A stretch of DNA of 64,000 nucleotides. Origin: Catajapyx aquilonaris. Taxonomy: Eukaryota. The DNA lies in the NCBI GenBank assembly GCA_000934665.2, contig KZ538382.1:1-64000 (forward strand), written 5' to 3'. A program made the translations under genes and the position numbers. Below are positions 39,226 through 52,476 of this stretch, piece after piece (the first letter of the stretch is position 1; each line of letters opens with the position of its first letter). The notes beneath the pieces are model-generated. The model was not told where the DNA came from. It saw nothing but the letters and a program-made list of their open reading frames with translations, and ran no database searches.

Positions 39226-42200
39226 TCTATCATCTAAAAATATATACATGTCCTAAATGTTGCGACCTCTGCACTGTAGGGTTTAAAAAAAGGATTTCTT
39301 ATGGACCGAACTGTACCCACCATTCCCTAAGGCCTAGGCGACAAATATTATTGTTTAAACAGAACATAGACCTCAATGCATTTAATGTGGAAAATTATAG
39401 CTAATTGAGGCCAGGGTACACTCGCATGATATTCTAATGAAAATATTTGCTTATGCAACAACACTGTTAATTTTAATAACTGCATCCCTCAGGGGCTAAC
39501 GGATGGGTTATCCTCCTAGCCTCCCCGGTTTTATAATTACTTTGGGATGGATACTGCCCACAGATGTACCTGTGCACTTAATTATGCATTATAAACGTTC
39601 CTGCATAATAACCAGTACAACCCTGGCAGGGATGACACATTTTGTAACCTCTCATCGGATATGCCCCACATCCAGGGCTAGTAACACACGGTCTGTATAT
39701 GTGTTGATAAAAAACATGTCTAAAACATGCAAGCACTGCCCCCTCCAGTGTACCGGTACTCGAGATAAAACGAAACGCAATCATCTCCGCCACTTTGAAC
39801 CTCCCTTCATATACAGTATTCCGCCGCTTTGAGAAGCCAATTTTATTTCCGGCCTTTCTGCGGCGACAAATTCCTTCTCCACAAGTCAATTTCAGAGGCC
39901 TTTGTGACTGAAGTGCCATGGCCAGCTTGCGATATATTTCCTGGCCATAAAAACCATTCTAGTTATCCCCCCTGCCAACCCGTTGCCCCCTCTTTCCTCC
40001 AGAGTTTAAGCCCAACAAAATCGACTTGGTGCTGCACTACCGCATATGAGGCACACTGTAGGTCTACTACAGGGTGGCTTAAGGTCTCCTAGAATCGATT
40101 GAGGGTGACTTATGTGGCGCTGGTGAGGTTTTTTTTTGAAAAGTTGGGAGTATTGCTACTAGATGGCGTGGATGCGGTTGTACAGTGTCGTGTGACAGCC
40201 CATTTTTTTTGGACCACCCTTAGAAGGTCATTCTGCATTGAAGTTCGTGTCGTATTCCCACATAGACCATACGCTTTAATATTTCAGCAAGTTATCTCAA
40301 ACTCCCAAATTTTATTGCCATCCCTATACACCGTGTAATGTTGTTGTGCACTTGTTTCGTTAAGTAGGAAGTGGTTTGGTCGAATCTGTGTCCCCAAAGA
40401 GACGTTTCTGCTCCGTTGCCCATTAGCCCTGCACCTTTGAGAGCCGCTACTCTTCACCTGTGTTTCTGATGGTTTGCCCAAACAACTTCCACTAAGAAGC
40501 CCTTTTGCATGTAGCCCACGCCATATAATTCCGGTTGGGAAAGGAGGTAGAGAACACTTTCATCTCTGCCTTCTCAAAGGGGGAGCCCATTTGAATCCAA
40601 ATCGATTTTAATAAGGAATTCTTCCCCAAACCTTGGAGAAAGTGACGTCGTTATTGCGCTCACAGCGTCACCTTACAGTTGGGGATATGAAACATGGGCC
40701 AGGGAAACGACTCATAGGAGTTGCCTGGGACTTGATTTTTTTATAAAAAGGAACTGTTCCAGAGTGTGGATTCCAATGAAATATTGTGCTATTCACTGCT
40801 TAATGCTCGGCCACACTATATTGAATTGGTTCATAATAGTGGATTACAGGGTGAGTCGGAACGCCAGGCTCAGTGCATTAGAAGGTGTGGCTTCTTGTTT
40901 ATGGGTATGCTTTTTGCTGGTGCACTGTTTGGGGTTGTAAAAATGGGTTTCCGGATTTTTCAGCAGCGGGTTGAGCATCGTGGAAGCATTATATACACAT
41001 ATTTATGTAAGACCTCGCAGAGAGCTTGAATTTTTAATATTCGGGCATAGGCGTGTAAAACAACATGTTACCCATTGTAGCGTAGGTTGGTCGAGAGGAA
41101 ATGGCAAAAAAAATCTTAGTGGAGACTCAGGGAAATGCCCCTCATCTATAATTTACTGGGCAAGTTTTATGGAGGGTTACGTGAATGACATGCAAAACAG
41201 CCACAGGAAGCTAGAGGGTAGCATACTTTTTGTATAGTAATATTAAAATTACATTTGGGATTATGTTGTTTTTAAAGCCTTCACACCTCACTAGTAAATC
41301 ACTGTTTACGATTCACACCTACAGCGATAAATTAATCCGATTACATATAATTTACGGTAACAATAATGAATAGCTTTTTGAATTATATTCACCATTAGGC
41401 GAACAGGTACCAATCGGTCATTGCATCTGAGACCATAAAATGCTCCTGCTGATTGTCTTATTTGTAATTATTCAGTGTTATTTGTTACATCAACTTGATC
41501 GTTTGATTCTCCTGTGAACTTACGCACTATTTTATACTTTTATTCGACTGTTGTCAGCCACAGTTGTAAATTATGACGATGATATCTGCATGGCTGTAGG
41601 GCAGAACAGTAAGTCATCAGCATTTGAATTGAATTTTGCTTTTTTTTAAAAAAAAAGTACGTTACTGCAGGCTAGATGAGAGAACTGGCCCAGCCGGTGT
41701 CAAAGAACACGTAAAAATTGAATACCGACCCTAAAAAAGCGCTGAGTGATGGGTTCAGACTGCACATGAGTTGATATTGCATATATGCATATCCACACCT
41801 CTTTTCGCCTTATTGGACGATTGATCTTTCACATAATTGTAGTCATTAGTGTCGGCCCCGGTTGTAAAATCCTGCACAATAAAGTTTTCACAGCACATGC
41901 AAATGCATCTGCTGAAAAGAGCTATGGAGATGAAAGGCATTCACAAATACTTGGCCCAGGGAATGTCTGAAACAGGGGCCCTGTGTATAGGACCCAACTT
42001 TTTTATTCTCGCATTTAATCCCGTTAATGAGCAGGAGTCAAAAGATTTATCTGCTCTCTGTCCTGCTTTTGGATAAAGAAACTTTCTCTCTAAAGATAAT
42101 CCTCTATGATCACACAGCCTTTGTGTGTTTTTCCTGGCGAGTCTAATATAAAGCCGACGTTGTTAGAGTCACGCTCACTACATCGATAACGCACACTAGC

Positions 42201-43370
42201 GGATACAATTGTTTGGAACGCCAGTATAAAGCAAAACAAAAAAAATGGCGGAAGTATCTTAACTTGAGGTTTTGTCAGAATAGTAGATTATCAACCTTTA
42301 ACCCTGTTCAACTACCAGCATGCGCTACAAATCGAACAGGATATATATTTTGCGTTGCCTGCAGGATTTATTTTTGGGGAATTGGGTCTCAGTAATCAGG
42401 GGACTTGCGGCAGCAGTACGCGCGCAAAATGAGACATTATGCCGTTAAAGCGCACTGAAACACGCACTGAATCTCTCGGGTATTTGTCGACATCCGGGCA
42501 AAGTGTAGAGACAGCGTGCCCTTAGCTGTGTCAATTTACCTAACTGACGTGAACAAACAAATGGCATCAGTTTCCCGTGTATCTCTCGCATTGACATACG
42601 GGATGCGAATGTGTGTGTGTGTGTTTTTTTTTAAGCATTTCCATCCCCAATCTAAGCAACGAATGTCATTAGAATCGTACTGAACAGTGGTAAAAAATCC
42701 CATCATTTTTATCCGTTTTCTACCACTCTAGAATCCACCGCTCCATGTTTACATCCGTAATTGACCCAATTAAAAACTGGGTCAAGTGTGTATTTAATGA
42801 TTGGCACATGCAATGCTCACAGTTTCCAGTTTGTGGCACAAGCTTGGAATCCTCGATCATCATCCCCAGGACAATGCAATTACAATCCTCGCCCCAATAA
42901 CTTCCTAAAAAGATCTTCCGGTAGGCCGACATCGATGCTCCATATTATAAATTCATGGTTGGGCGAAGCAGAAGTCATTGAGCTGTGCAGTGGAAAGGGT
43001 CTCCTGAACAGTCGATGCCAACGACCCTCCAGATGGAAAAGAGGGTCCTTTCGAAGGCAAAGCAGTGGATGAAAGCGCAGTCCAAAGTTAGGAAAAGGAC
43101 TTCATGGAGCACCCACAGAGTATCATTAGGCAGATGCGATGGCCTCAACGCTGCGATGCACGTACCGGCAGTGTGTATACGTAACATGCCAGCAGGCCAT
43201 TATTTTTCCTCCCGAACTATTCGCCAGATATGCACAATACATGACGGGGAGCTTCCTCTTGTTTTACTGGGCGAGGCTTCATACAGATAAATGGGTTTCA
43301 TAACCGGTCCAGACATGCCCTCTCCAAATGCCTTGCACAAATGGTCAACTTTGTCCAGGTTTTTTGCCAC

Positions 43371-43516
43371 TGTAATGGTCAAAATGTAACTGTAATATTG
43401 TAACGGTCAAACGTAACTGTCGTATGACTTGTAACGGTCAAATATAACGGTCGTATGACTTGTAACGGTCAAATGTAACGGTCGTATTACTTGTAACGGT
43501 CAAAATGTAACGGTTA
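43371..43516 (+). repeat. TGTAACGGTCA-rich tandem array A
   Basis: About 31-bp units TGTAACGGTCAAATGTAACGGTCGTATGACT, preceded by TTTTTGCCAC. Confidence 0.85.
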
Positions 43517-43804
43517 GGGCTAAATATGACTTTAAATGCGATGCATTCTAAAAACGTGGTGCGAATTGTGCAGGGAAAGACTGGGCATGCACTTTCATTA
43601 ACTGCAAGGATAATTAGTCCGGGCGCATGAAATATAGAGTAGGGTATATGATCCAGTGCGCAGGTCCATGGGTAAACAGTCCTTCACGTTAGGATTATCG
43701 AATAGACCCCGGAACCACTGTTGCATTATTTTTGCGTCCATGTTAGCGCATGCAGCACACAATTGTTGTTGATATCAATTTGCAACGAGTTTAATGTTTA
43801 AACG

Positions 43805-43952
43805 GTACTATGAGGCTCAAATTGTTTTGGCCACTTTATTATGGTCTTGAAGCAACCCTTCACATACACACACCTGCTCAACGCGGGGCCTGTGCGAAGG
43901 GTTGCTTCAAGACCAGGATAAAGTGTCCAAAACAATTTGAGCCCCATAGTAC
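43805..43952. mobile_element. Palindromic MITE (family B, copy 1)
   Basis: About 60-bp arms GTACTATG...GGTCTTGAAGCAACCCTTC / GAAGGGTTGCTTCAAGACC...CATAGTAC. Second copy at 46528. Confidence 0.8.
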
Positions 43953-44989
43953 ATAATTTATTGATTCCATTGTACAAGTGCGAATGGGGGCGATGCAGTT
44001 TTTGTGGATGACAGTACTCATTAAGCAGTGTCTTGAGCAACTTGTGGCATAGAGATAATGAAACTTTGCGAGCGTATCTTTCTCATTAGCGAATTTGCTT
44101 CCGGTAAATCCCCAGAGCAAGAGGACTGCATGATACCGGGTGCACTTGCATTGTACAATGGGATTAAACTGTAACGCATATGATGAAGCACCCTTGCATG
44201 GCCTGTGGAGCAGAGCATATATTTTCATCTAGTTTACATGCACTAATCCTATAGGCGGACCCCTTTGTTTATTATATTTTCCGCTTCAGAAAAAAATGGT
44301 CGCCTCAAAAATCATAACCTTCAGGCTGCAGAATAAATTCGGAAACGCGATGCACAATACTAAAAACCATGTTTCACAACATTATGATGTTTAAAATATG
44401 AAAACCAATCTAGTCGCAGTGTTTTCATTACTTTGACTGGACAGATACAAGACCTGGAGCCAGGAAGGGGAGACCATTAGCTTGGAGCACAATGAGCAGC
44501 TACTGTAAATGCAACACAAAATTGGCTCTAAGTCAGTACCGGCGCATTCAGGGGGCATAAAATTGGCCCTTGCCTCATTTGCCGAGTAGCAGTGAATTAT
44601 GACTAGCCCACTCCAAGCCCCTGTGCCATTCAGATGGAATGAGAGCAGAAAGATAAAAAATTTGTGTTTTTCATGTAGCTGAAACAGCTTTACGCGTATT
44701 TGTCTCCACTTCTTTTGTGTTCAGGGAATACCTATTATAACGCCTGATTGATGGGAAATTTAGGCTGGCTGCATTTGCCTTACTTTGTCAAGAGGAGGTA
44801 TACGGCCCTGGCCATTTGGTGACACCATGACGAATTGTTTGACTAGCTCACCGTTCCGCTGTAATACAGTTTGGCCATTACTTACCCCAGAATTATCCGG
44901 CTCTGCTGCGAGTGTCAAGGGCGATTGGTGTCACGTAAATAAAGTACAAGGTCATATTTACGGATTGTTAATCACAATGTTTTTTGCCA

Positions 44990-45162
44990 TTGTAACTGTC
45001 AAAATACTAACGGTCATATATACATAGTAACGGTCAAAATGTAACGGCCACATCACTTGTAACGGTCACATCACCTGTAACGGTCAAAATACTGTATAAC
45101 GGTCATACCAAGAGTAACGGTCAAAATGTAACGGTCACATCACTTGTAACGGTCAAAATGTA
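44990..45162 (+). repeat. TGTAACGGTCA-rich tandem array B
   Basis: Same motif family as array A (TGTAACGGTCAAAATGTAACGGTCACATCACT), also preceded by TTTTTGCCA. Confidence 0.85.
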
Positions 45163-46527
45163 TTCATGTGGTACCGGTAGTTGTCTGGATGAAACTTTGT
45201 TTTTGGTCGTTTACACCAACATGAGGTCTAACTGCAGATCTGTCGCTTAATTGCGTTCTTGATGTCGTCAGGAGCGAAGGCAAGTAATAAGAAATATCTA
45301 TCTGGCGGACACCGCTCAAAGACATAGTTAACCTTTTCGGTCCGTTGGGGCGGTTGGAAGAAAGAAAAATACTTCCTCGAAAGTTTTCTTCCCGAGAGAC
45401 TAACTGGCAGAAATTGAAGAAGGAACTCAAATTCTGTTGAAGGAGACAAGCTAATTATCGGTTTCTTCCGGAAAGAAGTCGGAATTCCCTTGAAGTTTTG
45501 CTACTCAGCCGTCTTCATAAGTTTCCTTTATAGCTGCCACTGAAACAAACAATACGATACACCGGCATGAACATTTCCACCAGAGAGGATCTGCTTGAGA
45601 TTCAGAAATTTTGGAGCGAGTCGTAAAAATGGCCTCATTTTCTGTTGACAAATCAGCAATATTAATATTGAAAGTGCACAGCGTATGTACATAATTCAGC
45701 TTTTTGCTGTTCATAGAATATACTCAAACTAGTGTATTTAAATATAGCCACACCTATCACTGGCGGCACCATTCTGGCATCCTTGACGTAAATATTACAT
45801 AAGCCCACATATAGTCGCTGTGACATTGAAACCTCCACAAACAACTATGCTGGACAATTTTATCACTTCTGAGCACTTACAACCGCGACTAATTATTCAG
45901 GTAAGCAGCACACGCCTAGGTGTCAACCGAGGCCAAAACCCCCCTTTTTTTCCAAGCCACCGCCTACACCGCATATGTGTGTGCAGAGTGAAGCCAAAGG
46001 AAAGTGGGCGTGAGGGCAAAGATAGGAATGTTTGACGAGGTCTCTGCCGAAATCAATCTGGGGGAATCGCTTTCTGGGCGCAAACTCCGCCGCAACCTTC
46101 CCCAAATGGGACAAATATGGAGTGGAGAAACCCACCCATAGGTTCTCTCTATCTATCTAGAAGTACACACTTGGGTTTATTCTCTGAAAGGGGCTAGCAG
46201 AAAGTTGAGATTTTCCAGAAGGTCTAACCGCACTCGATGCCTCAGATTAAGGCTAAAGCCCTTATTTACTGTTTGGGTGCCTAATCCTTCTGTTGCCGAG
46301 CACCCTTGATGCTTGTCAAGAGGAGGGCTTACTTTCTGTGGATATAACCAGGTCCCTCAGGAGAAGATTCTAGAGTCGATAGTCTTTTGCGCCCTCTTCA
46401 AGCCTGTCTGGCCAGTTTTGAAAAATGCATGAAAAATAGCTGAAGACAAGTTGGGTGCCTTCAGGATAAGAGTACTGACCCTACCATTAATTTAAAATGT
46501 CACAATAAATTGGTTGCATTATGTAAG

Positions 46528-46673
46528 GTACTATCGGTCTCAATTAGTGTCAGCCACTTTATCCTGGTCTTGAAGCAACCCTTCACGTACACACCTCCTC
46601 ACCGTGGAGGCTGTGCGAAGGGTTGCTTCAAGACCAGGATAAAGTGGCCGAAACTAATTAAGACCGATAGTAC
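46528..46673. mobile_element. Palindromic MITE (family B, copy 2)
   Basis: GTACTATCGGTCT...GGTCTTGAAGCAACCCTTC / GAAGGGTTGCTTCAAGACC...AGACCGATAGTAC. Same core as 43805. Confidence 0.8.
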
Positions 46674-47564
46674 ATTTGTAAAAACCACAAATAATTGTGA
46701 AAGTACGTCTAAATTGTGCCATTATTTGTGAATAACCCAGGGTTGACTCTAGCTAGATATTACCGTGGTGGCAGTAATTGGGAAGAGCCTCGGCATCTGG
46801 CTGGCTGGGGTCATAGACGGGGGCTGCAGTGTCAGTTTACGGCTGACTTTGTTTCTCTTTCCAAGCCAGTGGGCTCTGGAGATCGTGCCACACCGAGTGG
46901 AATAATATTTGCTTCCCTGCCAACTGTAATTAGGCATTTTGCGAGTAAACACGGCCCCTGGTTTGGGTAAAAGGCGCTTTAAACCCGTCTCTTTCAACAA
47001 TAAATTCTCATGCTCCTGCTCTTTGATCTTGTATCCAAGCATTCTCTCTACGTACGTAACTTTTTTTGATAAACATAATCACGTCGTTAAAATAATCTAC
47101 AGGTTTTGGTCTAGGAGACAAGAAATGGCGTACGAAATTGGGTAGTTTCAAGCTGTCTCAAACGGCTGTCTTTTTTTTAGGTCAATATGTCCTCCGGGCT
47201 GTAGCTCCCCCATTTGCTGCTACAAGTCTAGTACTAGTACCGGAATAATCCGGCCCCGTCAGCATATACCGCATGCGGAACACCGTCAGCCCACGTCAGC
47301 AGACCTCCGGTCAAATCCGGCGCCACCTTGTTCCGGAAACGAAGGGAATCTCCAATCACAATTCCCCTGTTTGATCCATCCCGGTAGCTATTGTATTCCC
47401 TCGATTGGATTCTAGCCGAAGAGATCCTCCCTTTGATTGGAGCTACTCTTTTTTTCTTCTTTTTTGTTATCCGGAACATCCCTCATTTCCTCGGTATTGT
47501 CTAAACGACCTGACGCCTTAAGAGACACCACCCAAAAATGGTCTACACAACGGTTGATGGGTAA

Positions 47565-47910
47565 TGTCAGTTGGAACGGTCATGTCAGTTGTAACGGTCA
47601 TACGAATTGTACCGGTTTTAACGGTCATATGTATTGTAACGGTTTCTAACGGTCATAGTATTGTAACGGTTTCTAACGGCCATATGCATTGTAACGGTTT
47701 TTAATGGTCATATGTATTGTAACGGTTTCTAACGGTCATTTTGCATTGTAGAAGCCACTTACTAATTCCAGTTGTGCCTTGCAACGGTTTCTAGCAGCCA
47801 TATGTAGGCTATTGTAACTGTTTCTAACGCTCATGTGTATTGTAACGGTTTCTAACGGTCATATGTATTGTAATGGTTTCTAACGGTCGTTTTGCATTGT
47901 AGAAGCCGCT
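47565..47910 (+). repeat. TAACGG-rich tandem array C (about 28-bp unit GGTCATATGTATTGTAACGGTTTCTAAC)
   Basis: Multiple tandem units plus a higher-order duplication ending TTTGCATTGTAGAAGCC. Confidence 0.85.
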
Positions 47911-48091
47911 TACAAATTCCAGTTGTTCCTTATAATCAAGATTTTTCACGAAATATGGCGGAAGATTCTCGCCTTTCCTCCGGTTCCGGCTCCATACCTA
48001 AGGGGCGCGTATTTATCGGCCAGATTTTGGTAATGCCGCCGCGGAAAGAATCCATCGGGGAATTCCGCAGGTGGTCATAGAGTGATAATGC

Positions 48092-48600
48092 TCAACCTGA
48101 CTCCTTTTTGGAAGCGGGGAAGCCTCCCCTTGGAATCGATTCGAACCCCCTAGGCCTGCAGGATTGCAATTTCGGCAAGGATTGTTTCGGATCGCTCCTG
48201 CAAGTGGTCCAAGATATACCTGCAGTAAATTGCTGGAGTTGCGTTCCTTCGCTCATTCCACTCTCCGGTGTTCCTTGAATCTGGCGAATAATTTCCGCGA
48301 GCAGGGCTCTGGCCACTCACACTCGGCACAACCGGCCATTAAAATGGGGAACGTGGTGAAATAGGGAGGCCGTAGGCGAGCACCGGAGTCTCGTAAAGCA
48401 TCCACGAAGGCCAAACTGCAACGAAACGCTTTTACCGTCTCTGGCCCTAGCAAAACCCCTTTCCCTTTACTGCGTGGCCATGCAGCAAAATGGAGGTCCG
48501 CCTGTAGCATCTTTTTGCCGACTTGTACGAGAAGGAGGCTCTTCGCACCTACATTCATTCTCTGGGCTGCATATTGATCACCGAGGGTTGGAAGTGTCCA
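48092..48600 (-). pseudogene. Possible degraded P-element-like transposase fragment
   Basis: QRMNVGAKSLL and EPCSRKLFARFK loosely match the QKMxVxxAxQL and QxxxExxFxxxR motifs. GC-rich, coding-like segment. Confidence 0.25.
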
Positions 48601-50290
48601 AGGAGAGCGGGGTGCTGCACGGGCCATTTGTATATGCCATGGGTTCAGGTGTGAGGCTAGCAGGATATATTGCGCTAGATGTTGCGCCTGTGCAGGGGGA
48701 GGCAACTAGGGGATACGAGCAGGATAAATGCTGGCCCCCAAAATTTTACTGCTTTTGAGATGGGTCGGAAGGATTATTTGCCTTTTCGCAGACGGAGAAG
48801 GCAGCCTTGTTGTTTGGGGGGGGGGGGGGAAAATAAGTGCCCATGTGATACACTTAGCGATGTAATTAAAATTCATGAGATATTACAAAATTCAGCATTT
48901 AAGTGAAACATTACGGAATTAGTTGGAACGCGCAGTTTTGAGTTAACTTTGCACCAAAATGTGTAAAATTAACTAAGCCACTTTTGTGAATTGGTTCTAA
49001 TTTGAGTGCACTGTGTAATAAATCAGATTTTTGATTAGTTCCAGTGTTAAGGATAATTTTGAGTTAACTTTCGCTTAGATTGGCTATTATTTTAGCTGGA
49101 AATATTTAATGTAGACAAGTACGTGGACCGTGGACGTAACAAATTGTAAAAATAGGAAATCACAATGATTAACTCGTCGCTTTATAGACCTATATAGTAA
49201 TTACTCCAAGCAAACAGCGTCATTAGCAACTCTTTTCTTCTTGTGTACAAATACAAGTTTGGATTCAATCTGATTATAACTAGGTATGTGAATAGAGCGT
49301 TAATTCTAATCGTTAACGCCATCTATGTCTTAGGTCGTAAAGCTTAATGCCTTTTGTGAACTTGATAGGTGCAGGCTTGGTTTACATTTCTAGGGGGAAT
49401 CTAATAAGAATGGAATCGGAAGTGTAAAATTTGGTGCTTTGAGGATTCCCATAGGACGAGATATAAATCCCAGGCAACTTGGGACGGGGCGCCTGTTATA
49501 ATGAAAGTTGGAAAAGACGATTTAATCTTTCTCCCAAAGAAAATTCGCCTGTTTCTCCATCTCGTCCCGCCGTAATAAAACAACAGAGCGATAACTCGTT
49601 TACGAAAATTCAACTTTACGGTCCCTATTCGGAGCTGAATCCAAACACTGGAATGAATGTAAAACACCCTTGTGGCAGTCCACCCTTAATTTGCGACGCT
49701 GTTCCCGGGGATTTGCTGGTTGCGAATTTATTTTTTGAAGAGGAGTGACCAGCAGAATGGACACGAGCTGGACCCTCGGATTTTGATGGAAGTTTATACT
49801 CTTTTAAAGGTGGATGGGTAGGAAAACAACGAGGTCGGGAGCAAGTAATTTTGCTCTTATGAAGATAAGAAGAGGGTCGTATATGGTGAAACCCCGGAGA
49901 TAGCTAGTCTGGAAAACGGCAACATTGGCTGGCTCATATCGCAAGCTAACACAGGCCTGGCTGCCCGCTTTTCCTCTAATAACACACTTGCCTCAAGATG
50001 AGACCAAAACCCTTCTGGCCCACGCCCAACTCGCCATGTCCTTACTGTCCTTCAGGGACTTCATCACAGAGGTACCAGCTACTCTGCGGTACCCACAATT
50101 ATACGGTTTGATTTATAAGCGCCGGTATTCCAAAATGATGAATGTATAGTTGCTTGTTTGTCCACAATGGTCCTCTGGTACCGCATCGCTTAGCCTGTAC
50201 AATACCAATTTTGAGAGAGCGAGCATTTTTCATGCCCGTCACTTTTATGGATGCGGATTCAATACTAAATGTCTTCTCTTTCTTTGGCAG

Positions 50291-50440
50291 AGAAAGCGCC
50301 GTCGGAAGCGACATTCAGAGGAACGGAGTTTCTTTCGTACGACCTGTCCAGGACTGGTGGAGAGGCCATAGTCAGCACGCAAGATGAAATATCTCTTTAT
50401 TTCAAGACTCGTCAACCATCGGGACTTCTTTTCTATACGG
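50291..50440 (+). CDS. Nrx-1: Alpha-neurexin coding exon 3: start of LNS2
   Basis: Acceptor ttctctttctttggcag, donor ACGG|GTGAGT. (E)KAPSEATFRGTEFLSYDLSRTGGEAIVSTQDEISLYFKTRQPSGLLFYT(G). 150 nt, phase 1/1. Confidence 0.95.
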
Positions 50441-52333
50441 GTGAGTCAGATCATGATCAATACTGGTGGTATCATCAGGTAACAGCAGTATTATTGCAAA
50501 CATATGTGCAATGACATACAGGGGTGCATAAATTACACCAATTATCATGTATCATTCGGTGTATGGTTTGAATTCCTGTCAGCCAGAAATTAATACGAGC
50601 CTCGGATATGCGTAACACAGATTCTGCACTTGTAACGCTAACTTCACTAATTTTTGAATTGAAGTAAATTATGTTATATCGGTTTTCGTTATTCACGACA
50701 AAAATCTGTGATGAGCACGTTTCCACCGAGGTTCATCTATATAGACGGGTTTCACTACATCAGCAAACATGGCACGTGAATGCATTACGTAACACTAACC
50801 CGCACCGATTTCGCCCCCATACAACACCGTACCTCGTCATAATATTTGGCCAGCCGCAGTTATTCTAGGCCCGCTAGCTTTCTGGGTCCAGAAAATACGT
50901 TCCGGAAACCCGGTTCGCTGACCTGTGGCACTTTGATATCGGGCAGGAATGTGGCTCTGCACATTATTTATGGATCATAGCTCTAGGCTCGAAGTGAAGT
51001 GAAAGAGGAAAAAAGCAGAGTTTGTGAAGGGTCCATTAAAAGCAATCCGAGGAGCATGCTCTGCCCTAGGGCCACTCTATTCTCAGAGCCTAACTTTTTT
51101 GGGGGGGGAGGGGGGCAAAATCATAGCCCCTGCTTGATAGACCACACACAGCCCAAGAGAGGCGGATAGGTTGCAAACCTGGCAGGACAACCAGGTTTAA
51201 ACCCCTTCCCTTTAAAACCCCCCAGCTGCAGCATGGAAATAGGTGATCCCATGTGCGGTTGGTAAAGTCCGGACTTCCTGGAAATTGCAGAGTGGCATTA
51301 GTCCTAGGGTGGAAACCGCACAAATTTTACATATCCCGCGTCCTCTTCCGAGTGCGGGAATGGAAGCCGAGGCTGAAACCACTAGCAAGATGAGGCTCAT
51401 TTGACACCGCCACTTTGCCAGCAGATGCCTTGGACATTCAATCATACACTGAGATCTGCCAACGAATTTGTTACAGACTGTTCACTGCCGGAAATTGTAT
51501 TATTAGCTCACATATGAGTACGGTATATGCACACTCATTATTTCCAATCAGCAAGTTCAGCCATTATTAGCCTAGCGAAATACATTTTGCAAGACAGGTA
51601 TACTGCGAATTGTTCTATCACAATGGCGTTATTATTAAACCAAACTGAATTATTCATTCACTGTGAGTTGTGAAAATGGAATATTGCCTCCAGCTTGTTC
51701 TAAAACCGCTTGTTTATGAACAGTTGCAACTTTCAGGTGCAAAATTGTGCGGTTAATATTCCATATACCCACCGGCTCTCTAACCCTGGCTTTTGCCGCA
51801 GAAGAGGACATCATCTTTTCCCTCTGACCTTTTGCACCAAATCCTGTAGTGGCCCGTCTGAAATTGTGGCCGACCCGGGTGTAAACAGTGTTTGAAGCCT
51901 CGAGGACGTGGAGTCCGTTACTGCAGATGAGTCATTTCGAATTCTGGTGTTGTCAGCAGGAAGATCGTGGAAATGCTTGCCGTGCCGGTGGCGAGGAATA
52001 CGACTCAAATGGCCACCTTGGGGTGGGGTTGTAGAGAAAGGCTGAAGCAGTTCAAGACGAGCATCTGCTGACAGATTGCAACTAAGATAGAGGATGCGGT
52101 GTCGCGAGGAAAACCTCGGAACAACCCCCCTATCCTGCTTCCCCAACCAGTTCGATGAGGAGGTCGTTGCTCCAGATGCTGCTGGGACTTTGGGGATCTG
52201 GGTTGGATGGGTGGGGGGTGCTGCCCACTGGTTCACGTGAGGGGGGGAGAGAAATCAATTGCAACAACCGGCTTTCAAACCCATAGAGCCATAGGGTGTG
52301 CCAAAATTATGGGAAAACTGGGGCTGTGTGTGG

Positions 52334-52476
52334 ATTCATCCTGTAAGTTAGACTTACCGTTGAACAGGAGAGACGCATGGGTGGCTCTGATTGGTCAGGA
52401 TAAACACCAGTACTGTGCTCTGACTAATCAGAGCCGATGGGCCTGTTCAACGGTAAGTCTAATTTACAGGATGAAT
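52334..52476. mobile_element. MITE-like nested inverted repeat
   Basis: Outer arms 52334-52368/52442-52476 (34/35 match) and inner arms 52383-52398/52420-52435 (15/16 match). No clear TSD. Confidence 0.7.

Noticed and set aside
41600..41614. Possible 9-nt microexon GGCAGAACA before GTAAGT
   Set aside because: The acceptor lacks a pyrimidine tract.
51900..52130. Myb/SANT-like (Harbinger) relic KIVEML...CRERLKQFK
   Set aside because: Similarity is too weak to call without a profile search.
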